Source of the DNA: a bacterium
GTDB taxonomy: Bacteria; RBG-13-61-14; DATKZS01
Reading direction: 5' to 3'
Assembly (NCBI GenBank): GCA_963674965.2
Contig: CAXXFL010000006.1
Span: forward strand, 1,120,001 to 1,184,000
Length of the DNA: 64,000 nucleotides
The first letter of the stretch is position 1. The number at the start of each line of letters is the position of its first letter. Shown here piece by piece: positions 10,598 through 19,394 of this stretch. Position numbers and translations under genes: made by a program. A model generated the notes under the pieces. The model was not told where the DNA came from and made no database searches. It saw nothing but the letters and a program-made list of their open reading frames with translations.

Positions 10598-11113
10598 TCA
10601 TTTTTTCCTTCTACTTGATCGCGACGAAAAATCAAAAGCCAGCACGTCTTCATCGGTTAACTCGGGGCCCGTATAGACCATCGCCTTGCCGTGGCACGCG
10701 CCGACCGCGATGGCAAGTTCCAGGAGCGCCCTTTCCTCCACCATGGTAAGACCGCCCTCGAGCCTGGTTAATGGATGAATCACCATGGCGGGCCTTAGCC
10801 TTAATATCTTTCTCGGTCTTCCGCGGCCGAGTTCCCGGATAAAACGCCTCAGCGTGGCCTCGGCGATCGTGAAGTCGCTTATTATCGAGCGAGGATGGTC
10901 GAATCCATTACATAAAACCACGCCATGGCCCTCCCCGCGTTCGCGGGCGGCTTTGCCGATCATTACTATTTCTTGCCTTCCCTTCGAATTTATCGCCACC
11001 CAGGGTTCGTCCTCATAGTGGGATTTGGTGATGACGCCGCGCACGGACAAAAGGTCGGGCCTGATTCGAACGTATAGAGCGTCGGTCAAATAATCTCTTA
11101 GCCGGTTACGCAT
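10598..11113 (-). CDS. Short MreB/Mbl-like protein (N-terminal actin-like part only)
   Basis: DEPWVAI...IGKAA, HPRSIISDFTIAEATLRRFI and GGLTMVEERAL motifs; GGGAGG SD. Confidence 0.75.
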   Translation of the reverse strand: MRNRLRDYLTDALYVRIRPDLLSVRGVITKSHYEDEPWVAINSKGRQEIVMIGKAARERGEGHGVVLCNGFDHPRSIISDFTIAEATLRRFIRELGRGRPRKILRLRPAMVIHPLTRLEGGLTMVEERALLELAIAVGACHGKAMVYTGPELTDEDVLAFDFSSRSSRRKK

Positions 11114-11182
11114 GTTGCCTCCCAATCGGCCCTACGGCTTCCTCGTCAGCTTCTCGGCCAGTTTCAGCGCCAGGCCGGTTTG

Positions 11183-11328
11183 GGGTCGCCCATGCATCAT
11201 GCATGGGCGGCGTAAGCCGCGGGCTGAGGTCCTCAATTTCCAGCCACGCCGTTGTCATCCAATTCGACGTGAGGAAAAAACCGGGCGCATGCCTTTTCTC
11301 CGAAACCATAAGCCCCGTAGCTCCGCTC
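11183..11328. repeat. REP-like repeat, left (L) module plus spacer
   Basis: GGGTCGCCCATGCATCATGCATGGGCGGCGTAAGCCGCGGGCTGAGGTCCTC...; colinear with 14912-15058. Confidence 0.85.
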
Positions 11329-11492
11329 CGTTCAGTCCTCCATTGAATCAAGATTCGGAGTGATCGATGATATCCAAAATAGAGAATCTACTTTGGTTTA
11401 ACAAAATTTAGCCTTGGAAAGAGCAAGGTCCGTCACGATATTTTCCTCGCGTTCAGATTTTCGCGGGTGTTTTGGCCCCACCAGTATCTTGT

Positions 11493-14400
11493 TTAAAAAG
11501 GAGCGGGATACTCATCGAGCCTCTCTATTGCTCTCTTATATCCGGGCGCCGCCTCGACCGCCATTCGATAGTGCCTAACGGCCGACTTTTTATTCTTCAT
11601 TATCTCGTGGCACCCGCCTAAGTAGTAGTCCCATATCCATTTAAAATCGCTTCTCCTTTTCATTCTCTCAAACAAAGCGAGCACTACCTTGTGATCGGAC
11701 GATTTGGTCATTCCCATGAATTCCATGCCGAGTTCACCGAGTAGTATTTCACCTTGAAACCCTTCCGGTAGGTCAAGGCTTCGGGAGAGCAGATCGAAAT
11801 GTTTTCGAGCGTCCTTAACGTTTTTGGATTTGACCGACACGAGCGCGGCGATCATTTGATCATAACAGGGCTTGTAATGCGAACGGTATAGAATCTCGGC
11901 GCTTTCAACGGCCTGCTTCTTCTTGCCGGCCTCGAATTGCGCGCGTATGGTGAGGTAAGTAATGATTTGTTGCTCCAGGATGAATTTGTTTTTCTCGGGG
12001 ATATCCTCGAGGATTATCAAGGCTTCCTCATAGTCATGTCCGAACAGCGCGACGTCGGCGCGTAAAGCGTCGTCGATCGAGGATTGCTTCTCTTCCTTTC
12101 CAAATTTCTCCAGGGCCTTTGTGGCCGAGACCGCGTCGCCTTTTCCATAAAGGTCCCAAAGACAAACGAGAGACAAATAGTAGCGGTCATAATCCTTGTG
12201 CTTTTTCGGAGGAGTTGCCTGGATGAAATCATTTTCCTTTTGCCCACGCACTCGCGCTTCAAAAATGCGGTTTAAAGACGACATGGAAGGCGACATTTCA
12301 AAAGCCTTTTCAAATTTTTCCGACGCGCGGTCGAGTTCTCCCCGCTCCATCAAAGTTTCTCCCCAATCCCCGTATATCCATTTGCCGTTCGGGTATCTTT
12401 CAACCGCCCTCGCGAATTCCGCGTCCGATTTAGCATAATCTCCGACCGCGTTATACCCTTTGGCCAAACCAACTATCGCGCCGCCCTGCCAATAACTTAT
12501 TTTTGAGGCTTTTTGGTAGTAATCCATGGCCTTGAATTTATTTCCCTCGCCCAGGTGGATGTTCCCTATACTTACAAGCGTAACCGTCCGACAAAGAGGA
12601 GACTCGTCCACCTCCAACTCGCGTCTCATTACTTTCAAAGCCTTTTCAACTTGCCCTTTTTCCATATACAAATCTCTTAGTTTCGAATAGTACTTTTTAT
12701 TGCCTGGGTCTTTCTTTATGGCCTCCTCAAGCCGTCCGATACTATCGTCGATCATAACCGGCGTTTCGGGCGCCGCTTTAACTATCACGCTTCCTTCAAG
12801 TTTGTCCGCCTCCTCGTGTTTGCCGGCTTGTCTGAGGACCCTGGCTTTATAGGATTTGGCCACTGATGAATCAGGTCTCGCGAACAGCATGGCGTCAATG
12901 GAGTCTTGATAAGGACTCCATCCCTTTCTCTGAAATGCATATGGCGCAACCCGTTTATTAAGGCTGTAATCGTAGGGCCACCGTCGGGAGATTCTGGCCA
13001 TCTGAGGCCCCGCTTTTGGGTCCAACGTCTTTTCCGCGTAATAGACAATGGCTTTGAGTAACTCCGTATTGTCCTCGAATCTTCGAGTCCGCTTGAACAT
13101 CAGACGCTTGGCTTCTTCGAATTTTTTAAACGCCATCAAGTACCGTCCGGCGTCGGCCTGGGGCTCGGCCATTTCCGGATACAGTTCATATTGTTCCACG
13201 AGTATCTTTTCCCACTGCTCGGGCCAGTTGATCGCCTTGACCATTCCCAGGTGGCCGTCGATGTTCAGATAGGTTATGGCGTTTAAGTAATCGACAAGCA
13301 GCATCGGACCGGCGTTCAAGCCGGGCAAAGGACGTTCCCGCAGGCGCTCCGTATCCTTCTGTACAAGCTTGCGCCACTCATCTTCCCGCTTTCTGAAATC
13401 CCGCAGGGACGCGTAATACGTCCCCCTTTTCATACCTAATATGTTGGCGTTCCCGCGCGAATCCGCGTTCGCTTTCGAAAACGCCTTTTTAACCGGCGCT
13501 CTTTCCATATCTGGCGCTATAGGGACCGCTCCCTGCTCCCATTGCCTCTCCATGTCGTCCATGGCGGCCATCCCGAACTTTGAAGTACCGTCGACCGCCG
13601 CCAGGAAAAAGTTCATGCCCGATACAAAATCGCTTTTTGCATAGAACTTGCCGGACAGTTTTGTATTGACCCAAAGAGATTGCAGAGGCTCCAGTTCGTA
13701 TAGTTCCTTAAACTTTTCCCAGGAATCCTTGTCCTTTAAAGTGGCAAGCGCCAGTTTATGGACGAAATAATCATCCGACTGCTCCTCGTCCAACTCTCGA
13801 AGCCTGGAGTGACTAACCCACCACAGGTATATTGCTTTGGCCCTGACCTTTTCTCGGCCCATCTTCTCCGCCAGTTTCACTTCCTTTTCCGCTCGATATT
13901 CTCGGTTGGTGACGTAGTCGATCCATGCCGCGGCCCGGTTTGCGTCCGGGTCTTGAGGGCCGTATATAAGCGCTATCCGGGAGGCGCAAAAAGCCGGAAG
14001 ATTGTACCGGTCGGCCAGTCCCGCCACTTCTCTAAACTCGAATCCCATTGAAGACCAGGCCTCGGACAAGCCGGCCCACGCCTTGGGGTCGCTCGGGTTA
14101 GAGACCGCGGCGGCGGAGAAACTGTCAATGGCGCGGATCAAGGAAAACGGATCGCTTTTCAGGAGCAGCTCTTGCCCCCGTTGCATCGCGTCCTTGTCCG
14201 TGAGGCGCGAGTTTCCCTTTTTCAACGAGAATTTCCTTTTCCCTGGATGACGCTTGGCGATCTCTTTTGCAAGTTCGCGCGCGCTTTCCATCTGCAGGTC
14301 TTCCATGATCGATGGAGACATTCCCTTTTGCGACAACGTCTTCTCAAAACCGCCGGCGGCCTTGGCGGAACAGTCATAATCCCTTATTACGATTTTTGTA

Positions 14401-14894
14401 GCGTCGATGTCCATGAACAACTCCGCGAAGTAAAGCCGGTTTACGTTCAGGGCGGAGCAGCTTTGATTTAGAAGTTCAACCGCTTCCTCGTCCTCGCCGA
14501 AGGTCGGTTGTTTCTTGCGGTTCTCCGGCCGGTAGTAAATATCCTTGACCTGGCTTATCGCTTCCGGAAGAGGCATGGCCGCCGTGGAATAAACGTCCGC
14601 CAGCGCCGTTGCCACTTGGTCGAACCCTCTGCGCAAGCATATATCGAAGCTGTAGTCGTTGCCGTGATGCATAATTATCGGCAGCACCGCCAGGTCGGAA
14701 GCGGGACCGGCTTGGACGGCCCTTATATAGTCGTTGCTCATAAGCGGCGTTTCCAGTTCGTAGATGGGGCCCTTCGGGGCGGGAGGCGCCGGCGGCTTCT
14801 TGCGCTCCACCCATGTTGACACGCCGAAAAATCCTAACAGCAGCGCGAAAACGACCGCCACCGTTATTACGGCCAATACTAATATTCGTTTCAT
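11493..14894 (-). CDS. Large membrane-anchored or exported TPR-repeat protein (1133 aa)
   Basis: N-terminal hydrophobic anchor, Pro-rich linker and multiple TPR-like helices (e.g. AWAGLSEAW, YQKA, AFEMSP); AAGGAGG SD. Confidence 0.8.
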   Translation of the reverse strand: MKRILVLAVITVAVVFALLLGFFGVSTWVERKKPPAPPAPKGPIYELETPLMSNDYIRAVQAGPASDLAVLPIIMHHGNDYSFDICLRRGFDQVATALADVYSTAAMPLPEAISQVKDIYYRPENRKKQPTFGEDEEAVELLNQSCSALNVNRLYFAELFMDIDATKIVIRDYDCSAKAAGGFEKTLSQKGMSPSIMEDLQMESARELAKEIAKRHPGKRKFSLKKGNSRLTDKDAMQRGQELLLKSDPFSLIRAIDSFSAAAVSNPSDPKAWAGLSEAWSSMGFEFREVAGLADRYNLPAFCASRIALIYGPQDPDANRAAAWIDYVTNREYRAEKEVKLAEKMGREKVRAKAIYLWWVSHSRLRELDEEQSDDYFVHKLALATLKDKDSWEKFKELYELEPLQSLWVNTKLSGKFYAKSDFVSGMNFFLAAVDGTSKFGMAAMDDMERQWEQGAVPIAPDMERAPVKKAFSKANADSRGNANILGMKRGTYYASLRDFRKREDEWRKLVQKDTERLRERPLPGLNAGPMLLVDYLNAITYLNIDGHLGMVKAINWPEQWEKILVEQYELYPEMAEPQADAGRYLMAFKKFEEAKRLMFKRTRRFEDNTELLKAIVYYAEKTLDPKAGPQMARISRRWPYDYSLNKRVAPYAFQRKGWSPYQDSIDAMLFARPDSSVAKSYKARVLRQAGKHEEADKLEGSVIVKAAPETPVMIDDSIGRLEEAIKKDPGNKKYYSKLRDLYMEKGQVEKALKVMRRELEVDESPLCRTVTLVSIGNIHLGEGNKFKAMDYYQKASKISYWQGGAIVGLAKGYNAVGDYAKSDAEFARAVERYPNGKWIYGDWGETLMERGELDRASEKFEKAFEMSPSMSSLNRIFEARVRGQKENDFIQATPPKKHKDYDRYYLSLVCLWDLYGKGDAVSATKALEKFGKEEKQSSIDDALRADVALFGHDYEEALIILEDIPEKNKFILEQQIITYLTIRAQFEAGKKKQAVESAEILYRSHYKPCYDQMIAALVSVKSKNVKDARKHFDLLSRSLDLPEGFQGEILLGELGMEFMGMTKSSDHKVVLALFERMKRRSDFKWIWDYYLGGCHEIMKNKKSAVRHYRMAVEAAPGYKRAIERLDEYPAPF

Positions 14895-14911
14895 CTACAT
14901 CCTCCTTAACG

Positions 14912-15121
14912 AGGTCCCCCACGCGTCATGCATGGGCGGCGTAAGCCGCGGGCTGAGGTCCTCCATTTCCAGACCCGACGCGGCCATCCAATCCGACGCG
15001 GGGAAAAAACCGGGCGCATGCTCCTATCTCCGAGGCCATAAGCCCGTTCGCCGCGCTCACCCAAGCAAGATGCGTGGGCGACCCGGAATGGTGGCGGCCG
15101 GAAGTTTGGCAAACCCCTCAG
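14912..15121. repeat. Complete ~210-bp composite repeat (two inverted REP-like hairpins, L + spacer + R)
   Basis: Left part matches 11183-11328; right part matches 10364-10440 and 17403-17450. Confidence 0.85.
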
Positions 15122-15156
15122 GCCGGCTCCACTCATTCATCCTATATCATACGGGC

Positions 15157-15897
15157 TCACATGAAAAGCGGCCTCAATAGCACGGCGCCGGCGATGAGGA
15201 GGAGGACGTAGATCATCATGCTGAAGGGTTTTTGGGGGATGCGGTCGTGGAGGAGGTTGCCGAAGAAGGTCCCGAAGGCCACGCAGGGCAGTCCGGTCAG
15301 GACGATGGGTATCATGCTCGTCTCCCACGCTCCCGAGGCCGTGTAGGTGGCGCAGAGGATGACGTTGAGCACGGCCCAGACCAGGCTGAGGGTGGCGCGG
15401 AAGGATGATTTTTCGGGCAGCATCTTGGCGGCGTAGATGACCAGGAAGGGCCCGCCGCTGGCCAGCGCCCCCTGGGTGACGCCGCCCAACAGGTTAAGGG
15501 CGTGATAAAAGCCGTCGGGGATTTTGCGAGAGGTCCTGGCCCCGGCCAGGTTCCACAGGGCCACGAAGACCACGAAGAATCCAAGGGCCAGCTTGAGGCT
15601 CTCAGTCGGCAGGTAGCGGTAAACGGCGTAGCCCAAGGGCAGTCCGATAAGGGAGAGGATTACGATGGACCGGGCGTGGGTCCGGTCGAGGTGGTCCCGC
15701 TCGGTATAGGCGAAGTAGCCGCACTGGACGAGGTTGATGATAATTAGCGCCGGTATCAGGGTTTTAAGCTCGAAGAAGAAGATGAGCACGGGCAGGATAA
15801 GGACGATGGCGCCGAAGCCGGTAATGCCCTGGACAAGGTGCGATATGCAAAGCGATATCGCCAGCACCGAATATTTTACCGCGTCGGGACTATCCAT
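15157..15897 (-). CDS. TauE/SafE (TSUP) family exporter
   Basis: QGITGFGA and GALASGGP motifs; about 8 TM segments; 246 aa. Confidence 0.88.
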   Translation of the reverse strand: MDSPDAVKYSVLAISLCISHLVQGITGFGAIVLILPVLIFFFELKTLIPALIIINLVQCGYFAYTERDHLDRTHARSIVILSLIGLPLGYAVYRYLPTESLKLALGFFVVFVALWNLAGARTSRKIPDGFYHALNLLGGVTQGALASGGPFLVIYAAKMLPEKSSFRATLSLVWAVLNVILCATYTASGAWETSMIPIVLTGLPCVAFGTFFGNLLHDRIPQKPFSMMIYVLLLIAGAVLLRPLFM

Positions 15898-16178
15898 CTT
15901 TAACCACCGGACGGTTTAGATGTTACGCCAAGATGGGGATTTAGACAAAAGTTAAAAACCGGCCCGATAAACTTGAGAAGGCGCGCCCCGGCCGGGGCTA
16001 TACAAGGGGGGAAAAGGAATGGGCTGAACCGGAGCTATTCATTCAACATTACTTTCCCGTTCCCGGCTTTCTTTCGTCGAAAAACACTTCTTCTTTCGAG
16101 ACCGGTTTGGACATGGAAGGATTTGGATATATCTTCATTGGCGAGGGGGCCATACAAGGCCCGACGGGGGGAAGCCTA

Positions 16179-17252
16179 ATGAAAGCGAAAGTATATCTTG
16201 CCAGGGTGAAGGACGGCGCCGAGCCGGAGCGGCAGGCCAAGGCGGCCAGGTCGGCGCTTTTGGCTACGGGGTTTATCGATCGGCTCATGGCCCGCGACAT
16301 GGTGGCCATCAAGGTACACGTGGGCGAGAGGCATAACGACACGCACGCGCCGCCCGAGATAGCGGCGGCCATGGTTGCCGCGGCGAGGAAGGCCAAGGCC
16401 CAGTGTTTCATCACCGACACCTCGACCCTCTACAAGGGAAGGCGTGAGAACGCCATCGTCCACGCCCTCCACGCCCATGACCACGGCTTTTCCATCGAGA
16501 ACACGGGGGCTCCCTTCTTGCCGGTGGACGGCCTCTCGGGCACGGATGAGGCGGAGGTCGAAATAAAGGGAGAGCTTTTCGAGAGCGTCAAGGTCGCGGG
16601 CCAGATACTTCTGGCCGACGCCATGATCATGATCAGCCACCCGACGGGCCATCCGGCCTCGGGCCTGGGCGCGGCCATCAAGAACGCGGGCATGGGCCTT
16701 GCCTCCCGGGCGGGCAAGATGCGCCAGCACAGCTCGATCACTCCCGAGGTGGACGCCGGCAAATGCACCAACTGCGGCAAGTGCAGGAAGTGGTGCCCCA
16801 AGGACGCCATCAGCGAGAAGGACGACGTTTCCTATATCCACCAGAAGAGCTGCATCGGCTGCGGCGAGTGCATAGCCGTGTGCCGTTTCGGGGCCATCAT
16901 GTGGGACTGGAAGATCGAGTCGCCCGTGGTGCAAAGGTCGATCGCCGAGTACGCCGCCGGGGCACTCAGGCACTTCGGGGACAAGGCCGTCTTTATAAAC
17001 GCTCTTACCAACATGACCCAGGACTGCGACTGCTTTAACCGGAAACAAAAGAAGATCATACCCGACGTGGGCATAGTGGCCTCGACGGACATAGTGGCGG
17101 CGGACCAGGCCACCCTGGACCTGACCATCCAGGAGGGGGGCAAGAACCTGGCGCAATTATCCTACGGGCGGCTGGACTCTTCCATCCAGCTCGATCACGC
17201 CGTCAAGATGGGACTGGGAACCAGGGAATACGAGATCGAGGAGGTCAAATAG
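16179..17252 (+). CDS. DUF362 domain protein with 2x[4Fe-4S] ferredoxin domain
   Basis: VAIKVHVGE, GAAIKNAGMG, CTNCGKCRKWCP, CIGCGECIAVC and CDC motifs. Confidence 0.9.
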   Translation: MKAKVYLARVKDGAEPERQAKAARSALLATGFIDRLMARDMVAIKVHVGERHNDTHAPPEIAAAMVAAARKAKAQCFITDTSTLYKGRRENAIVHALHAHDHGFSIENTGAPFLPVDGLSGTDEAEVEIKGELFESVKVAGQILLADAMIMISHPTGHPASGLGAAIKNAGMGLASRAGKMRQHSSITPEVDAGKCTNCGKCRKWCPKDAISEKDDVSYIHQKSCIGCGECIAVCRFGAIMWDWKIESPVVQRSIAEYAAGALRHFGDKAVFINALTNMTQDCDCFNRKQKKIIPDVGIVASTDIVAADQATLDLTIQEGGKNLAQLSYGRLDSSIQLDHAVKMGLGTREYEIEEVK

Positions 17253-17402
17253 CCGCTGGTACTTCGGCCGCTTATTTTTGTCGGGTCGTCGCGTCATTAA
17301 AAACGGTGATGAAGCGACTCGGCAAACAAGCCGGCATTTAAGCGCGCAATCGTCCCGCTCCGTTGCGAAGCCGTCGGCAAACGACCTCGATTCCCTGGAC
17401 CA

Positions 17403-17450
17403 AAGCCCGTTCGCCGCGCTCACCCACGCAAAATGCGTGGGCGACCCGGA
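17403..17450. repeat. REP-like repeat, R module
   Basis: AAGCCCGTTCGCCGCGCTCACCCACGCAAAATGCGTGGGCGACCCGGA; matches 15040-15087. Confidence 0.85.
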
Positions 17451-17489
17451 TTCCGGACGGCTCGAAGTCATATAACGACCTGTAAGTCT

Positions 17490-17560
17490 GGGTCGCCCAT
17501 GCATTCTGCATGGGCGGCGTAAGCCGCAGGCTGAGTCCCTCCTGCCGCCGGCCCCCTTCC
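17490..17560. repeat. REP-like repeat, L module
   Basis: GGGTCGCCCATGCATTCTGCATGGGCGGCGTAAGCCGCAGGCTGAG. Confidence 0.85.
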
Positions 17561-17668
17561 GGCCCGTTCGCTTTTCTCGCCCACCCGATTTTATCCGGTC
17601 ATCGCTCCGTATTGGCGGCAAGGCCAAGACGCGCCCAACAAGCAAGCCGACATTTTATAGTCGGAGTA

Positions 17669-19381
17669 TTAGAGGGTCCGCGATGGTCCTCCCTTTAACA
17701 ACTCGGCCGCCCTGGCCGCGTGCTCGGAATCGGGATACCGTTCTATAAGGGCCGATAGAACGTTGGCCGCGTTTTCCCGCATGGCGCACTTCATCATCAG
17801 TATCTCGCCGCACCGATAAAGCGCCTCGGCCGCCCGGGGATCGTCCTTGTAAAGGACGCCGTACTCCCGCAACATGCGCGCCGCCTCGAGGGGCTTTCCC
17901 GCCTTCTCGGCCCAGTCGGCCACGGCCATCAGCTCGGGAGGATCGAAGGTGAAGTCGGGTATGGTTTTCCTGTAGTCCTCATACATGTCGAAGAGGGCCT
18001 CGAGGGCGTACTGCCTGACGAAGTCTCGGGCCAGCTCGCGCCCGTATTTTTTCACGGTCTCCTGGTCCCCGAGGTGATAGGACGCCACCATAATGCCGCG
18101 GAGTCCTCCCAGGTTTTCCGGGTCGGCCGCCAGCACTTCCGCGAAAAGGACCTTGGCCTGATCGAAGCTTCCGTGCTCGATGAGGTAATTGCCGTGCATG
18201 ACCTTTTCCGACAGCTCGATATCCCGGCCGAGGTCGCGCCCCGCCTCGGGAGGAGCCGCTCCCCCCGGGCCGGCCGCGACGTCTCGGCCGCTTTTCGCGA
18301 CCGCCGCCGCGGCCAGGGCCACGCCCGCTCCGTATGTTTCTTCCCCCGGCGACCAGAAGGGCGTGGTGGGCTTGCCGTCCACTCTAAAGGTCGGCTCCTC
18401 CTCGGTCTCCCGCCACCACTTCAGCTTGTAGCGGGTCTGGTAGGAAAGGTATCCCATCAGGTAAGCGACGGTGATCAGCATGTAAACGTGAGCCGCGCCG
18501 TCCACGACGTAAAACAGAACGTGATAGATAACGTACTTGGAAAAGGACTTCTCCGGAAGAAGGGCGTGAAGCGCGGTCCTGGCAAGGGCGTAGACGATAA
18601 AAATTCCCGCGATGACGGCGAAGGCCCTTCTGTATTCGTCCTTTATCTTTTGCACCTGGGACGAGATGAACCTGAGGTCGAAGGCCTTGGACCCGCTCTT
18701 GAACACCCCCTGGATCAAAAGAGACATGGGGAACATGTAAATGGCCTGCGAAAAATATATGCCGCCCACCACCAGAAAAAAGGACAGGAAAACGTAACGG
18801 ACCCATACGTCGGGCCAGTAGTACACGCTGTTAAGCGACAGTATGATAAGGACCAGGGGCCAGAACATGCCCAGAGCGGCCACGAACAGCCTGACGTAGG
18901 CCAGGCCGAAATCCTGGAGCGGGCTAGTGCCCGGCCTGGCCCTTGGCAGCCCGAACCTTCCGTCCTCGACCCATGACACGCTCAGATAGAAGTAGGGGAT
19001 CATGAAGGAGAAGAAGGTCGAGTAAGCCACCATGATGGTCGCCCTCCAAAAGCTCTCCATGCCCATGTTCTCGAATTCCTCGGCGAAAAAGACGTAGCCG
19101 TAAAGGGTCCGAAGCATGGTCGCCAGCGCGACGAAGACGGCCATCATCACGGGTCCGTACTCGGTAAAGGCCACTGTGAAAACGTTGCGAAGGTTTTTCC
19201 AGAAGGGCATGATCTGGATATAGGGGGACAGGTCGGTAAGGGAGTTCGAGCACCTGGCGCACATGATCACGCTGGTGTGCTTGAAGGGTCTGACCTTTAC
19301 GCACTCGGCGCAAAAGCCCTTCTCGCATCTCGGGCAATGATAGGTCGCGCTCCTTTCCGGATGGTTGGCGCAGTGGATCAT
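17669..19381 (-). CDS. Membrane protein with N-terminal B-box-type zinc finger and C-terminal TPR
   Basis: CANHP...CPRC...CAEC...CARC, several TM helices and C-terminal AEALYRCGE...YPDS TPR-like segments. Confidence 0.8.
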   Translation of the reverse strand: MIHCANHPERSATYHCPRCEKGFCAECVKVRPFKHTSVIMCARCSNSLTDLSPYIQIMPFWKNLRNVFTVAFTEYGPVMMAVFVALATMLRTLYGYVFFAEEFENMGMESFWRATIMVAYSTFFSFMIPYFYLSVSWVEDGRFGLPRARPGTSPLQDFGLAYVRLFVAALGMFWPLVLIILSLNSVYYWPDVWVRYVFLSFFLVVGGIYFSQAIYMFPMSLLIQGVFKSGSKAFDLRFISSQVQKIKDEYRRAFAVIAGIFIVYALARTALHALLPEKSFSKYVIYHVLFYVVDGAAHVYMLITVAYLMGYLSYQTRYKLKWWRETEEEPTFRVDGKPTTPFWSPGEETYGAGVALAAAAVAKSGRDVAAGPGGAAPPEAGRDLGRDIELSEKVMHGNYLIEHGSFDQAKVLFAEVLAADPENLGGLRGIMVASYHLGDQETVKKYGRELARDFVRQYALEALFDMYEDYRKTIPDFTFDPPELMAVADWAEKAGKPLEAARMLREYGVLYKDDPRAAEALYRCGEILMMKCAMRENAANVLSALIERYPDSEHAARAAELLKGGPSRTL

Positions 19382-19394
19382 TCGCCGCTCCTCG

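Noticed and set aside
10178-17698. Small ORFs sharing peptides such as MRGRPGMVAAGSLANPS and MGGVSR
   Set aside because: Translations of the non-coding repeat family.
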